Under the pieces are notes generated by a model that made no database searches, was not told where the DNA came from, and saw only the letters and a list, made by a program, of their open reading frames with translations. The position numbers and the translations under genes were made by a program. 18,809 nucleotides of DNA, taken from positions 1-18,809 of the forward strand of contig BTVV01000120.1 of NCBI GenBank assembly GCA_045863855.1, written 5' to 3'. Origin of the DNA: Planctomycetota bacterium. Lineage in GTDB: Bacteria; Planctomycetota; SZUA-567; H5-PLA8. The stretch's first letter is position 1; the number at the start of each line of letters is the position of its first letter. Shown here piece after piece: positions 1-11,212 of the stretch.

Positions 1-2
1 AC

Positions 3-2411
3 GCCGCGGAACTCGACGCCGCGGGCGGCTGGGACGCCGCGCCCGACGCCCCGGCCGAAGCGCCCCACGCCGAGACGGGCGGCGCGCTGGCCGTCAGCGC
101 CACGGGCGGACTGGCGCGTACGAACGCGCCGGGCGCCGCAGGCGCGAACGAAGCCCTCTTCTCGCGCATCGAACTCGACCGTTTGCGCCTGCGTCTGGTC
201 ACGGCCGCCCATGCCGCCGACCGCATCGAAGCGCTGCGCACCCTCGCGCACGCGCCCATCGCCCCGCAGGAAAAAGCCGAACTCCTCTTCCGCGCCCTCG
301 ACGACCGCGATCCGGCCGTCCGCGCCGAAGCCGTCGAGCTGCTCTTCGTCCTCGGCGTTGCCGACGAACTGCGCGAAAGCATCTTCGCGCTGGCGCAGGG
401 CGAAACCCGCGCGCGCATCACCGCCGCGCACCGGCTGGTCAAACGCATGGCCGGGCCCGTCGCGGACCTCGAACGCGTCGTCGCCGCCGTCTGTGCCATT
501 GGCTCGCTCAAGAACGAACGCGACGCCATGCTCGTCGCCGCGCTCCTCGAGCTTCTCACCGTCACCGCGCCGGCGCTCGCGCCCGAACCGCCGCGCCTGG
601 CCGAACTGCTCCGCGTCGTCCTCGTGCGCATCGGCGAATCGTCCGGCAAGGGCGCCGCATTCACCGACAGCGACCGCGTCCTGCAACCCGCGCAGAAACT
701 CGTCCGCGCCCTCTGCGCCGCCGCCCCCGCGATCGTCCTGCCGCTGCTAGGCGAAGAACGGGACAAGAGCGCCCAGCCGGCCGTCGAAGCCTTCCTGCTT
801 CAAACCATGCTCGAAAGCACGCCCCGGGGCGCGCCCGGCGAGGCCGAACTGCTCCGCCTGTGCGCCACCTATCTGGCCCGCGATACGCAGGAAGACCGCG
901 AGAGCCGCAACGTCGGCATGGTCCTCCAGCAGCGCGGTGAAGCGGCGCTTCCGCCGCTGCTCGAGGCCTTCAACAACGCCACGCCCGCCGCGCAGAAATA
1001 CATCCTCAACCTGCTCGATCATCTGGCGCGCTTCCAGAATCTCTCCCCCGAAGGAAAAACCGCCGCCGCCGACGCCGTCCTCCGCGCGCTCGATTCCACG
1101 CTGCGCAGCGTCCGCATGGCCGCCATGACCTGCCGCTTCGTCGCCGAGCCGCGCATCCCCGCCGCCGTGCGCGAACGCATCGCCGACACCTTCCTCAACA
1201 ACGTCTGGGATTTCGGCTTCCCCACCGACCGAGAGATCGCCGAAGACACCATCGCGCTGATCGGGATGCCCGCCATCGGCCCGCTGCTGAGGCGCATCAA
1301 CCCCGAGCGCCCGCCCGAAGTCCGCGTACAGGCCATCCGCATCCTCGGCAATCTGGGCCTCGAACTCAAGCCGCTCGAAGGCGAACTCAAGCAGGCGTCG
1401 AAGGACCTCACCGAGACCCTCCGCCGCATGCAGGCGCTCGCTTCCGAGCCTTCATTCCCCGACCGCGAGGCGCTTTTCACCGCGATGGGCAAGCTCGTCA
1501 GCAGCCCCGCCGCGACCAAACAAGCCGCGCAGATCGTCACGCGCACGTTGCTGCAATCCGTGAAAGAAGATCTGCAATTCAAGCGCCTCGACGCGCTCGA
1601 GGGCCTCACCTGGCTCGCCGCCTCCCGCCGCGCCGACGGCGAACTGATCGTCACCGTCACCGGCCTGCTCCGCCGCATCATCGATCAGATCCAGGACGAA
1701 CTCCAAACCACCGCCACCGAAGTGGACGGCACGCAGGTCTTCGAGATCAACCAGGAGCGCGGGCTCGTCGAGATTCTGCCCACCGCGCTGAAAGGACTCG
1801 CGCGCATCGCCACCAGCCGCAACTGCCCGCCGGCGCTGATCAAAGAGCAGATCGATCTGCTCACCGAACGCTGGAAGCGCATCGTCGCCGGCGAACTCGT
1901 CTGGGGTCCGGGCAATCAGATCATGATCGTGCACGCGCTGCGCGAGATCGGCTGCCACGCCACGCTGCGCGACGAATGGCGCATGCAGATCGTCAAGGCG
2001 CTCTTCCCGCGCGTCGATCATCCGCCCGTGATGGCCGCGCTCACCGAGGTCCTCGCCGCCAGCGATTCCCCCGGCACCGGCGGCGCCGCGCTGGCCGTCG
2101 GACTCCAGATTCTCGCACACCGCCGCCTCGACGGGCACTACGACGAGGAAGACCGCCCCGAGATTCTCAAGGCGCTCGTCAAACTGATCTGCCGCAAACA
2201 CCTCGGCCCGCCCGATGCCGCCGGGCAGGCCAAAGCGCAGAGCTTCCGGGAAACGGTGATCGACGATCTCTACAAGGGCGCGCAGGACACCGTACGCGGC
2301 GCGTACCACCTGCTCGCGTCCCTGCGCGACGCGAAAGTGCTGCCCGCCGACATTCAAGAGCGCCTCGAACAGCGCCTCGCGCAATACGGCCAGCTCGCCA
2401 ACGCGCGCTGA
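3..2411 (+). CDS. HEAT/armadillo-repeat alpha-solenoid protein, 5'-truncated (>800 aa)
   Basis: The frame of ORF 183..2411 is open back to position 3 (gcc gcg gaa ctc gac...), so the real start lies before the window. Strong GC3 bias. HEAT-like motifs: LFRALDDRDPAVRAEAVELL, GEAALPPLLEAF, GMPAIGPLLRRINPERPPEVRVQAIRILGNLG. Stop TGA at 2409-2411. Confidence 0.8.
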   Translation, partial: AAELDAAGGWDAAPDAPAEAPHAETGGALAVSATGGLARTNAPGAAGANEALFSRIELDRLRLRLVTAAHAADRIEALRTLAHAPIAPQEKAELLFRALDDRDPAVRAEAVELLFVLGVADELRESIFALAQGETRARITAAHRLVKRMAGPVADLERVVAAVCAIGSLKNERDAMLVAALLELLTVTAPALAPEPPRLAELLRVVLVRIGESSGKGAAFTDSDRVLQPAQKLVRALCAAAPAIVLPLLGEERDKSAQPAVEAFLLQTMLESTPRGAPGEAELLRLCATYLARDTQEDRESRNVGMVLQQRGEAALPPLLEAFNNATPAAQKYILNLLDHLARFQNLSPEGKTAAADAVLRALDSTLRSVRMAAMTCRFVAEPRIPAAVRERIADTFLNNVWDFGFPTDREIAEDTIALIGMPAIGPLLRRINPERPPEVRVQAIRILGNLGLELKPLEGELKQASKDLTETLRRMQALASEPSFPDREALFTAMGKLVSSPAATKQAAQIVTRTLLQSVKEDLQFKRLDALEGLTWLAASRRADGELIVTVTGLLRRIIDQIQDELQTTATEVDGTQVFEINQERGLVEILPTALKGLARIATSRNCPPALIKEQIDLLTERWKRIVAGELVWGPGNQIMIVHALREIGCHATLRDEWRMQIVKALFPRVDHPPVMAALTEVLAASDSPGTGGAALAVGLQILAHRRLDGHYDEEDRPEILKALVKLICRKHLGPPDAAGQAKAQSFRETVIDDLYKGAQDTVRGAYHLLASLRDAKVLPADIQERLEQRLAQYGQLANAR

Positions 2412-2420
2412 TGCGCCCGC

Positions 2421-3191
2421 TTACAGCCCCGCGGCCTTCATCTGCTTGCGCAGATAAGCGATGCTCTTCGGCGCCTCCGCGTTCAGATCGCCCCAGCCGC
2501 ATTCGAACGAAATCCTGTCCGAGTAGCCGACTTCCTTCAGCGCGCCAAGAAACGCGCTGAAATCGTCCCCCGCCACGCCAGGCGCCGTGCGCTTGGCCTT
2601 CTCGGCGATGTGGACGTGCTGAATCAGGTCGCCTACCTTCAGAATCTCGGCCGCCGGTTCGTCGTCGCGCAGCATATGAAAGAAATCGACCAGCAGCCGC
2701 ACGTTCGGATGATCCGCCGCCCGCACCAGCGCCGCGCCTTCCGCCAGCGAATTGATAAAGTTGCACTCCCCGCGATTCAACGGCTCCACCGCGACGTACA
2801 CACCCCACCCTTCCGCGCGCGCTCCCAGTTCCTTCAGCGCCTCGACGAACTGCTCTTCGGCCTTCGCCTTCGGCCAGCCTTCGGGAATCGCACGCGCGCC
2901 CCCGCTCCCGAAAACGATCGTATCGAGCCCGATGTTATGCGCCCGCTCGAACGCCCGGTCCGCGTACTCGTACAGCGCCGCGGCGTCCACCTTCGGGCCG
3001 ACCACCTTCAGATCCCCGGGCAGAAAACAGTTGGCGGCCGGCACCGTCAAGGCCCCCGGTTCGGGCGACTTGAACGCATCGTTGCTTTCCCGGGGCTTCA
3101 GGTAACGCTGGACGTTTTCTTCCAGGAAATCGAAGCCCAATTCCTTCAGCGCGCTCGCCTGGTCCGCCCCGCCGCAAATGCCGATCAGCAT
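2421..3191 (-). CDS. Sugar phosphate isomerase/epimerase family TIM-barrel protein (xylose-isomerase-like/AP_endonuc_2 fold, resembles D-psicose/D-tagatose 3-epimerases), 256 aa
   Basis: C-terminal part of ORF 2421..4301. Start MLIGICGG at 3191, preceded by RBS AAGGAGGA. Metal/catalytic motifs VAVEPLNRGECNFIN, LLVDFFHM, QHVHIAE, RTAPG, ISFEC. Confidence 0.88.
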   Translation of the reverse strand: MLIGICGGADQASALKELGFDFLEENVQRYLKPRESNDAFKSPEPGALTVPAANCFLPGDLKVVGPKVDAAALYEYADRAFERAHNIGLDTIVFGSGGARAIPEGWPKAKAEEQFVEALKELGARAEGWGVYVAVEPLNRGECNFINSLAEGAALVRAADHPNVRLLVDFFHMLRDDEPAAEILKVGDLIQHVHIAEKAKRTAPGVAGDDFSAFLGALKEVGYSDRISFECGWGDLNAEAPKSIAYLRKQMKAAGL

Positions 3192-3329
3192 GCCGTCCTC
3201 CTTCGCTCGGTGTCTTCCCGATTGTAGCCGCTCCCGGTCGGGAGCAAAGCGCACGGCGAACGGCGTTGGAGCCGCCAAGCGGCTTACGGTAAGGTGGCGG
3301 GGCAACTCGGAGTCCGGGACGCGAACGTT

Positions 3330-5045
3330 ATGCGGAGTATGCAGCGCAATTCGGCCGTTTTCGGCGCCTCGAGCGTCCTGCTGGCATGGGTGCTCGCGGC
3401 GAGTCTGTGCGCCGAAGAACCGCCCGCCGTGCAGAAGGTCCCGCCGCCGCCCGAACCCGCTCCCCCAGCGGCCGGTATGCAGGTCACCTCCTCCAGTCCC
3501 GAGTGGCCGGTCCTGCGCGGCTGCCCGACGCCGCACACCTTTTATCTGGAAGACCGCCGCCCGCCGGAAGCGCGCGCCGAAGATCCCGAAAACGCTCCCG
3601 CGCCGATCACGCTCGAACTGCCCGCCGACGCCGAGCTCCTTGCGCCCAAGCCGTCGCTCGAGCCGGAAGCCTTCGAGCGCGACGGCAAAAAGTTTCGCCG
3701 CTACGCGTTCTTCGATGCCGCCGGCTTCAAACCCGGGCGAGCCCAGACGATTTACGTGGGCTGCGGCGAGAAGAAACTCGATGGCGCCGCGCGTATTTTC
3801 GTCCCCGAATTCGAACCCCTGGCGCTGGCCCTTCCGCTGCGGCTGTTGGACCTCCCGCGGCTGGACCGGCCCTCGCGCTTTCACATCAGCGCCGGCGGCG
3901 CGTATTTCCGGCAGCTCCAGGAATGGCCGGGGCTGCTCGACGCCTGGGCGCGGCTGGGCTTCACCGCCCTCCCTTGCCACCCGCGCTACTGGCGCGGCGG
4001 TGCGCCCGACGAAGACGAAGGCTTGTTGCTCGACGAAGCGCGCCGCTTCGGCTGGCGCATCGTTCAACACGAGGCGCCGTGGCACGTGCTCCTCGCGCTG
4101 CGAAAAAACAAACCCGAACTGTACCACGCGTTCGAGGACGGCTCCGCCGGCGCGGGCATGTGCCTGAGCTACCGCGGCGAGTATTACCGCATGGAATTGG
4201 ACCGCATCGCCCTGCTGGTCAAGAGCGCCCGGCCCGACGCGGTCTTCCATCGCGTCGATCTCTGGAAGACCGCCGCGGACGAGGCTCCGCGCTGCGTGCA
4301 CTGCCAGGCCAAGCAGAAGGAATCGGGAAAAGCATGGCCCGAATTTCTGACCGAAACGGTGGCCGAAATTCTAAAAGACACCGACGAGGCCGTGGTCCGC
4401 GCCAGCCGCGATGCGCAGATTCAGCGCCCGCTGACCGCCTACGCCGGAGCCGCGCCGGGCGCCGTCCGCGACGGCGCGTTCGACTTCGATAAGCTCTATC
4501 CGCATTACGCCGACGTCGCGATGCCGCTGCTCGGCGCGCCACTCGATCCGCAGCGCGTCCACGGCGAAGTCCGCGCCTGCGCCCAGAAGCTCGGCAAGAA
4601 CGACGTAATCCCCTCTCTTTCCGCGGAGAAAGCCAAGCCCTCCCGCATCGAGGCCGCGGTTCTCGAAGCGTTTCTCAACGGTGCGCGAGGAATCGCCTGG
4701 GAACGCCTCGGCGATTTCGAATCCGCCGGCTGCTTCCTCGCCCAAGCCCGTGCGCTGGCCATGCTCGAACCCCACGAAGGGCTGATCATGCAGGGACGCC
4801 TGCTTCCGGACGTGGCCGTCGAGGAAGCCGGGATCGCGTGCAGCTGCTGGGGGAACGAGGCCGAAGCGCTTCTGTTACTCGGAAATTACGCCGGAACCGA
4901 GGCCAAAAAAGTGAGCCTCAAGCTGCCCTTCGAGAAAGCCAAGCTTCGTGCGCTGGATGGCGGCGAACGAGCGGAATCGAAGGACGGCGTGGCCGAAATC
5001 GAGATTCCCGCCGGCCGCAACCGCCTCTTTCACCTCAAGCCCTGA
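3330..5045 (+). CDS. Secreted hypothetical protein, possibly with a glycoside-hydrolase-like domain
   Basis: ORF 3294..5045 with coding-like GC3 bias. ATG at 3330 (alternative 3339). Signal-peptide-like N-terminus (SVLLAWVLAASLCA-EE), Pro-rich linker, CxxC motif (RCVHCQ), beta-rich C-terminus. Function is inference only. Confidence 0.7.
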   Translation: MRSMQRNSAVFGASSVLLAWVLAASLCAEEPPAVQKVPPPPEPAPPAAGMQVTSSSPEWPVLRGCPTPHTFYLEDRRPPEARAEDPENAPAPITLELPADAELLAPKPSLEPEAFERDGKKFRRYAFFDAAGFKPGRAQTIYVGCGEKKLDGAARIFVPEFEPLALALPLRLLDLPRLDRPSRFHISAGGAYFRQLQEWPGLLDAWARLGFTALPCHPRYWRGGAPDEDEGLLLDEARRFGWRIVQHEAPWHVLLALRKNKPELYHAFEDGSAGAGMCLSYRGEYYRMELDRIALLVKSARPDAVFHRVDLWKTAADEAPRCVHCQAKQKESGKAWPEFLTETVAEILKDTDEAVVRASRDAQIQRPLTAYAGAAPGAVRDGAFDFDKLYPHYADVAMPLLGAPLDPQRVHGEVRACAQKLGKNDVIPSLSAEKAKPSRIEAAVLEAFLNGARGIAWERLGDFESAGCFLAQARALAMLEPHEGLIMQGRLLPDVAVEEAGIACSCWGNEAEALLLLGNYAGTEAKKVSLKLPFEKAKLRALDGGERAESKDGVAEIEIPAGRNRLFHLKP

Positions 5046-5089
5046 GCCCGCCCGAAGGGCGCCTCATGACATTTGAAGCGGGCACCGGC

Positions 5090-5260
5090 TTAGAGTGCGT
5101 CCAAAGTCCGGATCGCGAGGCGGCATCGGTTCGCCGGGCAAGCGAGGCGAGGCGGCCGAACGAGCCGTATCGGGACGAGGATACGGCAAGGAAGCCAACG
5201 GCGCATCGCGAAGCCCGTCGCCCGAAGACGGCCGCGATACGTTTTACGACGCACGCTTAA
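5090..5260. repeat. ~170-bp imperfect palindromic intergenic element (MITE-like or structured RNA)
   Basis: Nested inverted segments: GTGCGTC 5095-5101 / GACGCAC 5248-5254; ATCGCG 5112-5117 / CGCGAT 5233-5238; CGGGC 5135-5139 / GCCCG 5213-5217; GCGAGGCG 5142-5149 / CGCATCGC 5202-5209 (one mismatch); GCCGTATC 5164-5171 / GATACGGC 5180-5187. Flanked by TTA on both sides. Confidence 0.6.
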
Positions 5261-5970
5261 CTCTTCTTCGGCCCCGTCGTAATCAGCACCTGCGCCGGGC
5301 GCAATACCTTGCCCTTCCACAAATACCCCGCGCGGCAGACCTCCGCGACGCGATTGGGCTCTTCGCCCTTGGACGGATCGGCCGGCCGCGAGACGACCGA
5401 CTCGTGGAAGTTCGGATCGAAGGGCTGACCCAGCGGCTCGATCCGCTCCAGGCCGCGCACCGTCAGCACTTGCCCGAAACTCTGCCCGATCATCTCCAGC
5501 GCCGCGCGCACCGCTTCCACGCCCGCCCCTTCGCGCCGCGCGTCGGCCAGCGCCAAATCCACGCTGTCCAAGATCGGCAGCAGGTCGCTCACGTAACCGC
5601 GCAGCGCCTGCTCTTCGGCCGCGCGCAGATCCCTGCGCGCGCGCTCCTGGTAATTCAGGAAATCGGCGGTCATGCGCTTCACCGATTCTTGCAGCCGTTC
5701 GGTTTCGCCGCGCAGCTTGTCCGACTCGCCACGCGCCGGCGTCCCGCTTTGCGCCGCACGCTCCACCAGTTCGCGAATGCTCGATTGCAGCGCGTGCACT
5801 TCGGCCAGTTGCGACTGGCTCGGCAGGTCGCCGATCATCCGCCGCACCGCGCTTTCCAGCTCCGTCGCCAGCGCCTCCGCTTCGCGCAGATACGCGTCCG
5901 GCCCAGCGGCCGGCTCCGCCTGGGCGGCGGCCTCCACGGGTTCCACGGGCGTCTCGCTGGAAGTGTCCAT
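5257..5970 (-). CDS. grpE: Nucleotide exchange factor GrpE
   Basis: Motifs ADFLNYQERARRD, LLPILDSVDLAL, GQPFDPNFHESV, GYLWKGKVLRPAQVLI. RBS GAAGGA. Lies directly downstream of dnaJ. Confidence 0.95.
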   Translation of the reverse strand: MDTSSETPVEPVEAAAQAEPAAGPDAYLREAEALATELESAVRRMIGDLPSQSQLAEVHALQSSIRELVERAAQSGTPARGESDKLRGETERLQESVKRMTADFLNYQERARRDLRAAEEQALRGYVSDLLPILDSVDLALADARREGAGVEAVRAALEMIGQSFGQVLTVRGLERIEPLGQPFDPNFHESVVSRPADPSKGEEPNRVAEVCRAGYLWKGKVLRPAQVLITTGPKKS

Positions 5971-6005
5971 CGTCCTTCAACCTCGCTCGCTTGCGGTTCG
6001 TCCAT

Positions 6006-7157
6006 TCACTCGGTGAAAAATTCGCGCAGCTTGTCGAAGAAGCTGCTCTGCGAAGTCGGCTTCGTCGTCACGTGCTCCAGTTCGGCCAGCTTGCGCAGCA
6101 GCTCTTCCTGCTCCTTGTTGATCTTCTTCGGCGTCTCGATCACCACGCGGACGAACAGGTCGCCTTTGCCGTAGCCGCCCACGTCCGGAAGCCCCAGCCC
6201 GCGCAGCCGCAGCATGCTGCCCGACTGCGTCGACTTCGGCACCGAGAGCTTCACCTTTTTGTCCAGGGTCGGGACCTCGATCTCGCCGCCCAGCACCGCC
6301 ATCGTGTAGGCGATGGGCATCTCGACCAGCAGGTCGCGCCCGCGGCGGATGAAAAATTCGTGCTCCTTCACGCGCACGATCACGTACAGATCGCCGCGTG
6401 GGCCGCCTTCTTCGCCGGGTTCGCCTTGCCCCGCGAGCCGGATGCGCGTGTTGTCCTCCACACCCGCCGGTATCGGCACTTCCAGCCGGACTTTCTTGCG
6501 CTGCCGGCCGGTGCCCTTGCAGCCCGGGCAAGGCGATTCGATCGTTACGCCGCGCCCGCCGCAGCGCGGGCAGGTCGTGCGCATCGTGAAGAAGCCCTGG
6601 CTGCGCGTAACGTAGCCGCTGCCCCGGCAGTAGTTGCAGCTCGCCGGCGTGGTGCCCGCCTTCGCGCCGTTGCCTTTGCAGTCTTCGCACAGCTCGTCGC
6701 GAGCGATCTCGATCTTTTTCGTGACGCCCTGCGCGGCTTCTTCGAGCGTGATGTCCATCTCGAAGCGCAGCGACGCGCCCTGCGCGGGGCCGCCGTAGCG
6801 GCCTCCGCCTTGTCCGGCGAAGAGTTCCTCGAAGAGCGAACCGTTGCCGCCGCCGCCTCGACCGCCGAAGAAGCTCGCGAAAAGGTCTTCCACCGAAACG
6901 CCGCTGAAATCCGCGCCCGGCACGCCCTGCATGCCCGCATGGCCGAACTGGTCGTAGCGCCGCCGCTTCTCTTCGTCGGAAAGCACCGAGTACGCTTCGG
7001 CGATCTCCTTGAAGCGCGTCTCCGCCTCTTTCTTGTTATCGGGATTGCGGTCCGGATGCCACTTCTTCGCGGCTTCGCGAAACGACTTCTTGATCTCGTC
7101 CGGTTGAGCGTCTTTCTGGACGCCCAGGACTTCGTAGTAGTCGCGCTTGTTCGCCAT
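6006..7157 (-). CDS. dnaJ: Molecular chaperone DnaJ (class A)
   Basis: J domain (KRDYYEVLGV...WHPDRN), G/F-rich region, four CxxCxGxG repeats (CEDCKGNG, CNYCRGSG, CPRCGGRG, CPGCKGTG), C-terminal domain. Alternative start at 7166. Confidence 0.97.
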   Translation of the reverse strand: MANKRDYYEVLGVQKDAQPDEIKKSFREAAKKWHPDRNPDNKKEAETRFKEIAEAYSVLSDEEKRRRYDQFGHAGMQGVPGADFSGVSVEDLFASFFGGRGGGGNGSLFEELFAGQGGGRYGGPAQGASLRFEMDITLEEAAQGVTKKIEIARDELCEDCKGNGAKAGTTPASCNYCRGSGYVTRSQGFFTMRTTCPRCGGRGVTIESPCPGCKGTGRQRKKVRLEVPIPAGVEDNTRIRLAGQGEPGEEGGPRGDLYVIVRVKEHEFFIRRGRDLLVEMPIAYTMAVLGGEIEVPTLDKKVKLSVPKSTQSGSMLRLRGLGLPDVGGYGKGDLFVRVVIETPKKINKEQEELLRKLAELEHVTTKPTSQSSFFDKLREFFTE

Positions 7158-7382
7158 CGTTCGCATCGCGGTCCCCGCCGTCCGCTTCCCGGCGCATCCG
7201 CATTCCTGTCCAGGTTTCGCCGCCTGCCGGCTCCCGGGCTTGCGCCCGTTCGTGAGCGCTGCCTGCTAATTGGACTGTCGCAACTCGCGCCGGCTTCAAT
7301 CCCGGAACCTCCACGAAATCGAGGCCCGGCGGCGCGGCGGCTTCCTGCTCGCTAAGGTCCATCGGCGGAATGGGTCGGCCTG

Positions 7383-7428
7383 AAAACGACAGCCCCTCCC
7401 GCCGTCTGTACGACGGACCGGGAGGGGC
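7383..7428 (-). terminator. Putative intrinsic terminator after the second groEL
   Basis: GCCCCTCCC 7392-7400 pairs with GGGAGGGGC 7420-7428, with an inner CCGTC/GACGG stem. Followed on the minus strand by TGTCGTTTT. Confidence 0.6.
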
Positions 7429-7460
7429 CGGATGACGCGCTACGCTCTCGATCCGCCGTC

Positions 7461-9083
<1,623 letters not shown>

Positions 9084-9185
9084 GGATCGCTCCTGTACGC
9101 CTTTAAGGTTTCTCGCTTCGAGTTCGAACCGGCGCAGTCCAGCCGGTTCGGGGCACGCGCACGCCGACTGGCGGCCTGCGTTGCG

Positions 9186-9497
9186 TTAGTCCAACTTCGC
9201 CAGAATGTCGCTCTCGCGCATGATCAGCAGCTCTTCGCCGTCCACCTTCACTTCGCTGCCGCTGTACTTCCCGAACAGCACCGTGTCGCCGGCCTTCACT
9301 TCCAGCTTCGCGCGCTTGCCGTTGTCGAGCTGCTTGCCGGGGCCCGTCGCGACGACTTCGCCGCGCTGCGGCTTTTCCTTCGCCGTGTCCGGCAGCACGA
9401 TCCCGCCGGCGGTCTTCTCTTCGGCTTCCAGGCGGCGCACGACGATGCGGTCGTCGAGCGGCAACAGGCTGATCTTCTTCGCGGTGGCGGTGGCCAT
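9186..9497 (-). CDS. groES: Co-chaperonin GroES (Cpn10)
   Basis: PLDDRIVV, mobile loop [46 protein letters not shown]. Confidence 0.98.
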   Translation of the reverse strand: MATATAKKISLLPLDDRIVVRRLEAEEKTAGGIVLPDTAKEKPQRGEVVATGPGKQLDNGKRAKLEVKAGDTVLFGKYSGSEVKVDGEELLIMRESDILAKLD

Positions 9498-9592
9498 CGT
9501 TCCCTCTCCTTAAATGTGTCCCTGCGTACTTCGCTGCGCTTTCGTTCGTTCGCGCCCGGCGTGCCCCAGCGGCCCGCTCGCAGGCTCAAGCC

Positions 9593-11212
9593 TTAGTCGT
9601 GATCGTGGTCGTGATCGTGCCCGTGGTCGTCCTTCTTCTCGGGCTTCTTCGCGATCAGGCAGTCGCTCGTCAGCAGCAGGCTGGCCACCGAGGCCGCGTT
9701 CTGAAGCGCCGTGATCGTCACCTTGGCCGGATCGATCACGCCCGTCTTCAGCAGGTCCTCGTACGCCCCCGTATCGGCGTTGTAGCCGAAGCTGCCCTTG
9801 CCTTCCTTGATCTTGTGCACGACGACCGCGCCGCGCAGGCCCGCGTTCGCGGCGATCTGCTTCGCCGGAGCTTCCATCGCCGAGCGCAGGATCTCGATCC
9901 CCACCTGCTCGGGCGCCGCCAGGCCCTTGATCTTCTCCAGCACCGCCGAAGCGCGAATCAGCGCCACGCCGCCGCCCGGAACCACGCCCGACTCCACCGC
10001 CGCACGCGTCGCGTGCAGCGCGTCTTCGACGCGAGCCTTCTTCTCCTTCATCTCGCTCTCGGTCGCCGCGCCCACGTTGATCTGCGCCACGCCGCCGGCC
10101 AGTTTCGCCAGGCGTTCCTGCAGCTTCTCGCGGTCGTAGTCGCTCGTGGTGATCTCGATTTCCTTGCGGATCTGGCCGATGCGGCCCTGGATTTCCTTAT
10201 CCGACCCGCCGCCTTCGATGATCGTCGTGTTGTCCGCGTCGATGCGCACCTTCTTCGCGCGGCCCAAATCCGTCAGCTCCACGCTCTCCAGCTTGATCCC
10301 CAGGTCTTCGAAGATCGCCTTGCCGCCGGTCAGCGTCGCAATGTCCTGCAGCATCGCCTTGCGGCGGTCGCCGAAACCCGGCGCCTTAACCGCGCAAACC
10401 TTCACGATGCCGCGGATCTTGTTGACCACGAGCGTCGCGAGCGCTTCGCCTTCCACGTCCTCGCTGATAATCAGGAGCACCGCATCCTTCTTCGCGATCT
10501 TCTCCAGCAGCGGAACCAGCTCGCGCACGTTCGCGATCTTCTTCTCGTGGATCAGAATGTAGGGATTCTCGAGCGCCGCTTCCATCGATTCCTGGTTGGT
10601 CACGAAGTGCGGGCTCATGTAGCCGCGGTCGAACTGCATACCTTCCACCACGTCCACCTCGGTCTGCAGGCTCTTGCCTTCCTCGACCGTGATCACCCCG
10701 TCCTTGCCCACCTTCTCCATGGCGTCGGAAATCTGCCGGCCGATCTCCTCGTCGCCGTTCGCCGCGATCTTCGCGACGCGGAAAATCTCGTCCTTGCTCT
10801 TGATCTTCACCGCCATCTTCTTGAGCTCTTCGACCACCGCATCGACGCCCTTCTCGATGCCGCGCTTGATCCGCACCGGATTCGCACCGGCGATCATGTT
10901 GCGCAGACCCTCGTTGTAGATGGCCTCCGCCAGCACCGTCGCCGTCGTCGTACCGTCCCCCGCCGCGTCGGAAGTCTTGGAGCTGACCTCCTTCACGAGC
11001 TGCGCCGCCATATTCTCGTACGGGCACTGCAGCTCGACTTCCTCGGCCACCGTGACGCCGTCCTTGGTGACCGTCGGCGCGCCCCACGACTTGTCGATCA
11101 CCGCGTTCCTGCCCCGCGGTCCAAGCGTCGACTTTACCGCTCGCGCCAGCTTCTCGACGCCCGCCTTGATGTGCTGATGCGCTTCCAGGTCGAAGGCCAG
11201 TTGCTTGGCCAT
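9593..11212 (-). CDS. groEL: Chaperonin GroEL (Cpn60), first paralog, 539 aa, with His/Asp-rich C-terminal tail
   Basis: [51 protein letters not shown]. Tail [21 protein letters not shown]. Confidence 0.98.
   Translation of the reverse strand: MAKQLAFDLEAHQHIKAGVEKLARAVKSTLGPRGRNAVIDKSWGAPTVTKDGVTVAEEVELQCPYENMAAQLVKEVSSKTSDAAGDGTTTATVLAEAIYNEGLRNMIAGANPVRIKRGIEKGVDAVVEELKKMAVKIKSKDEIFRVAKIAANGDEEIGRQISDAMEKVGKDGVITVEEGKSLQTEVDVVEGMQFDRGYMSPHFVTNQESMEAALENPYILIHEKKIANVRELVPLLEKIAKKDAVLLIISEDVEGEALATLVVNKIRGIVKVCAVKAPGFGDRRKAMLQDIATLTGGKAIFEDLGIKLESVELTDLGRAKKVRIDADNTTIIEGGGSDKEIQGRIGQIRKEIEITTSDYDREKLQERLAKLAGGVAQINVGAATESEMKEKKARVEDALHATRAAVESGVVPGGGVALIRASAVLEKIKGLAAPEQVGIEILRSAMEAPAKQIAANAGLRGAVVVHKIKEGKGSFGYNADTGAYEDLLKTGVIDPAKVTITALQNAASVASLLLTSDCLIAKKPEKKDDHGHDHDHDHD

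Noticed and set aside
3192..4301. N-terminal 370 aa of the 626-aa minus-strand ORF, suggesting a fusion to the epimerase
   Set aside because: It overlaps the plus-strand gene 3330..5045, and a strong RBS precedes the ATG at 3191.
7260..7305. Sigma32- or sigma54-like promoter for dnaJ
   Set aside because: TTGAAG has no properly spaced CCCCAT box, and the GG...TTGC spacing is 8 rather than 10.
5991..7355. Plus-strand 454-aa ORF opposite dnaJ (likewise 14083..15552 opposite icd and 5095..6174 opposite grpE)
   Set aside because: Antisense shadows of well-supported genes.
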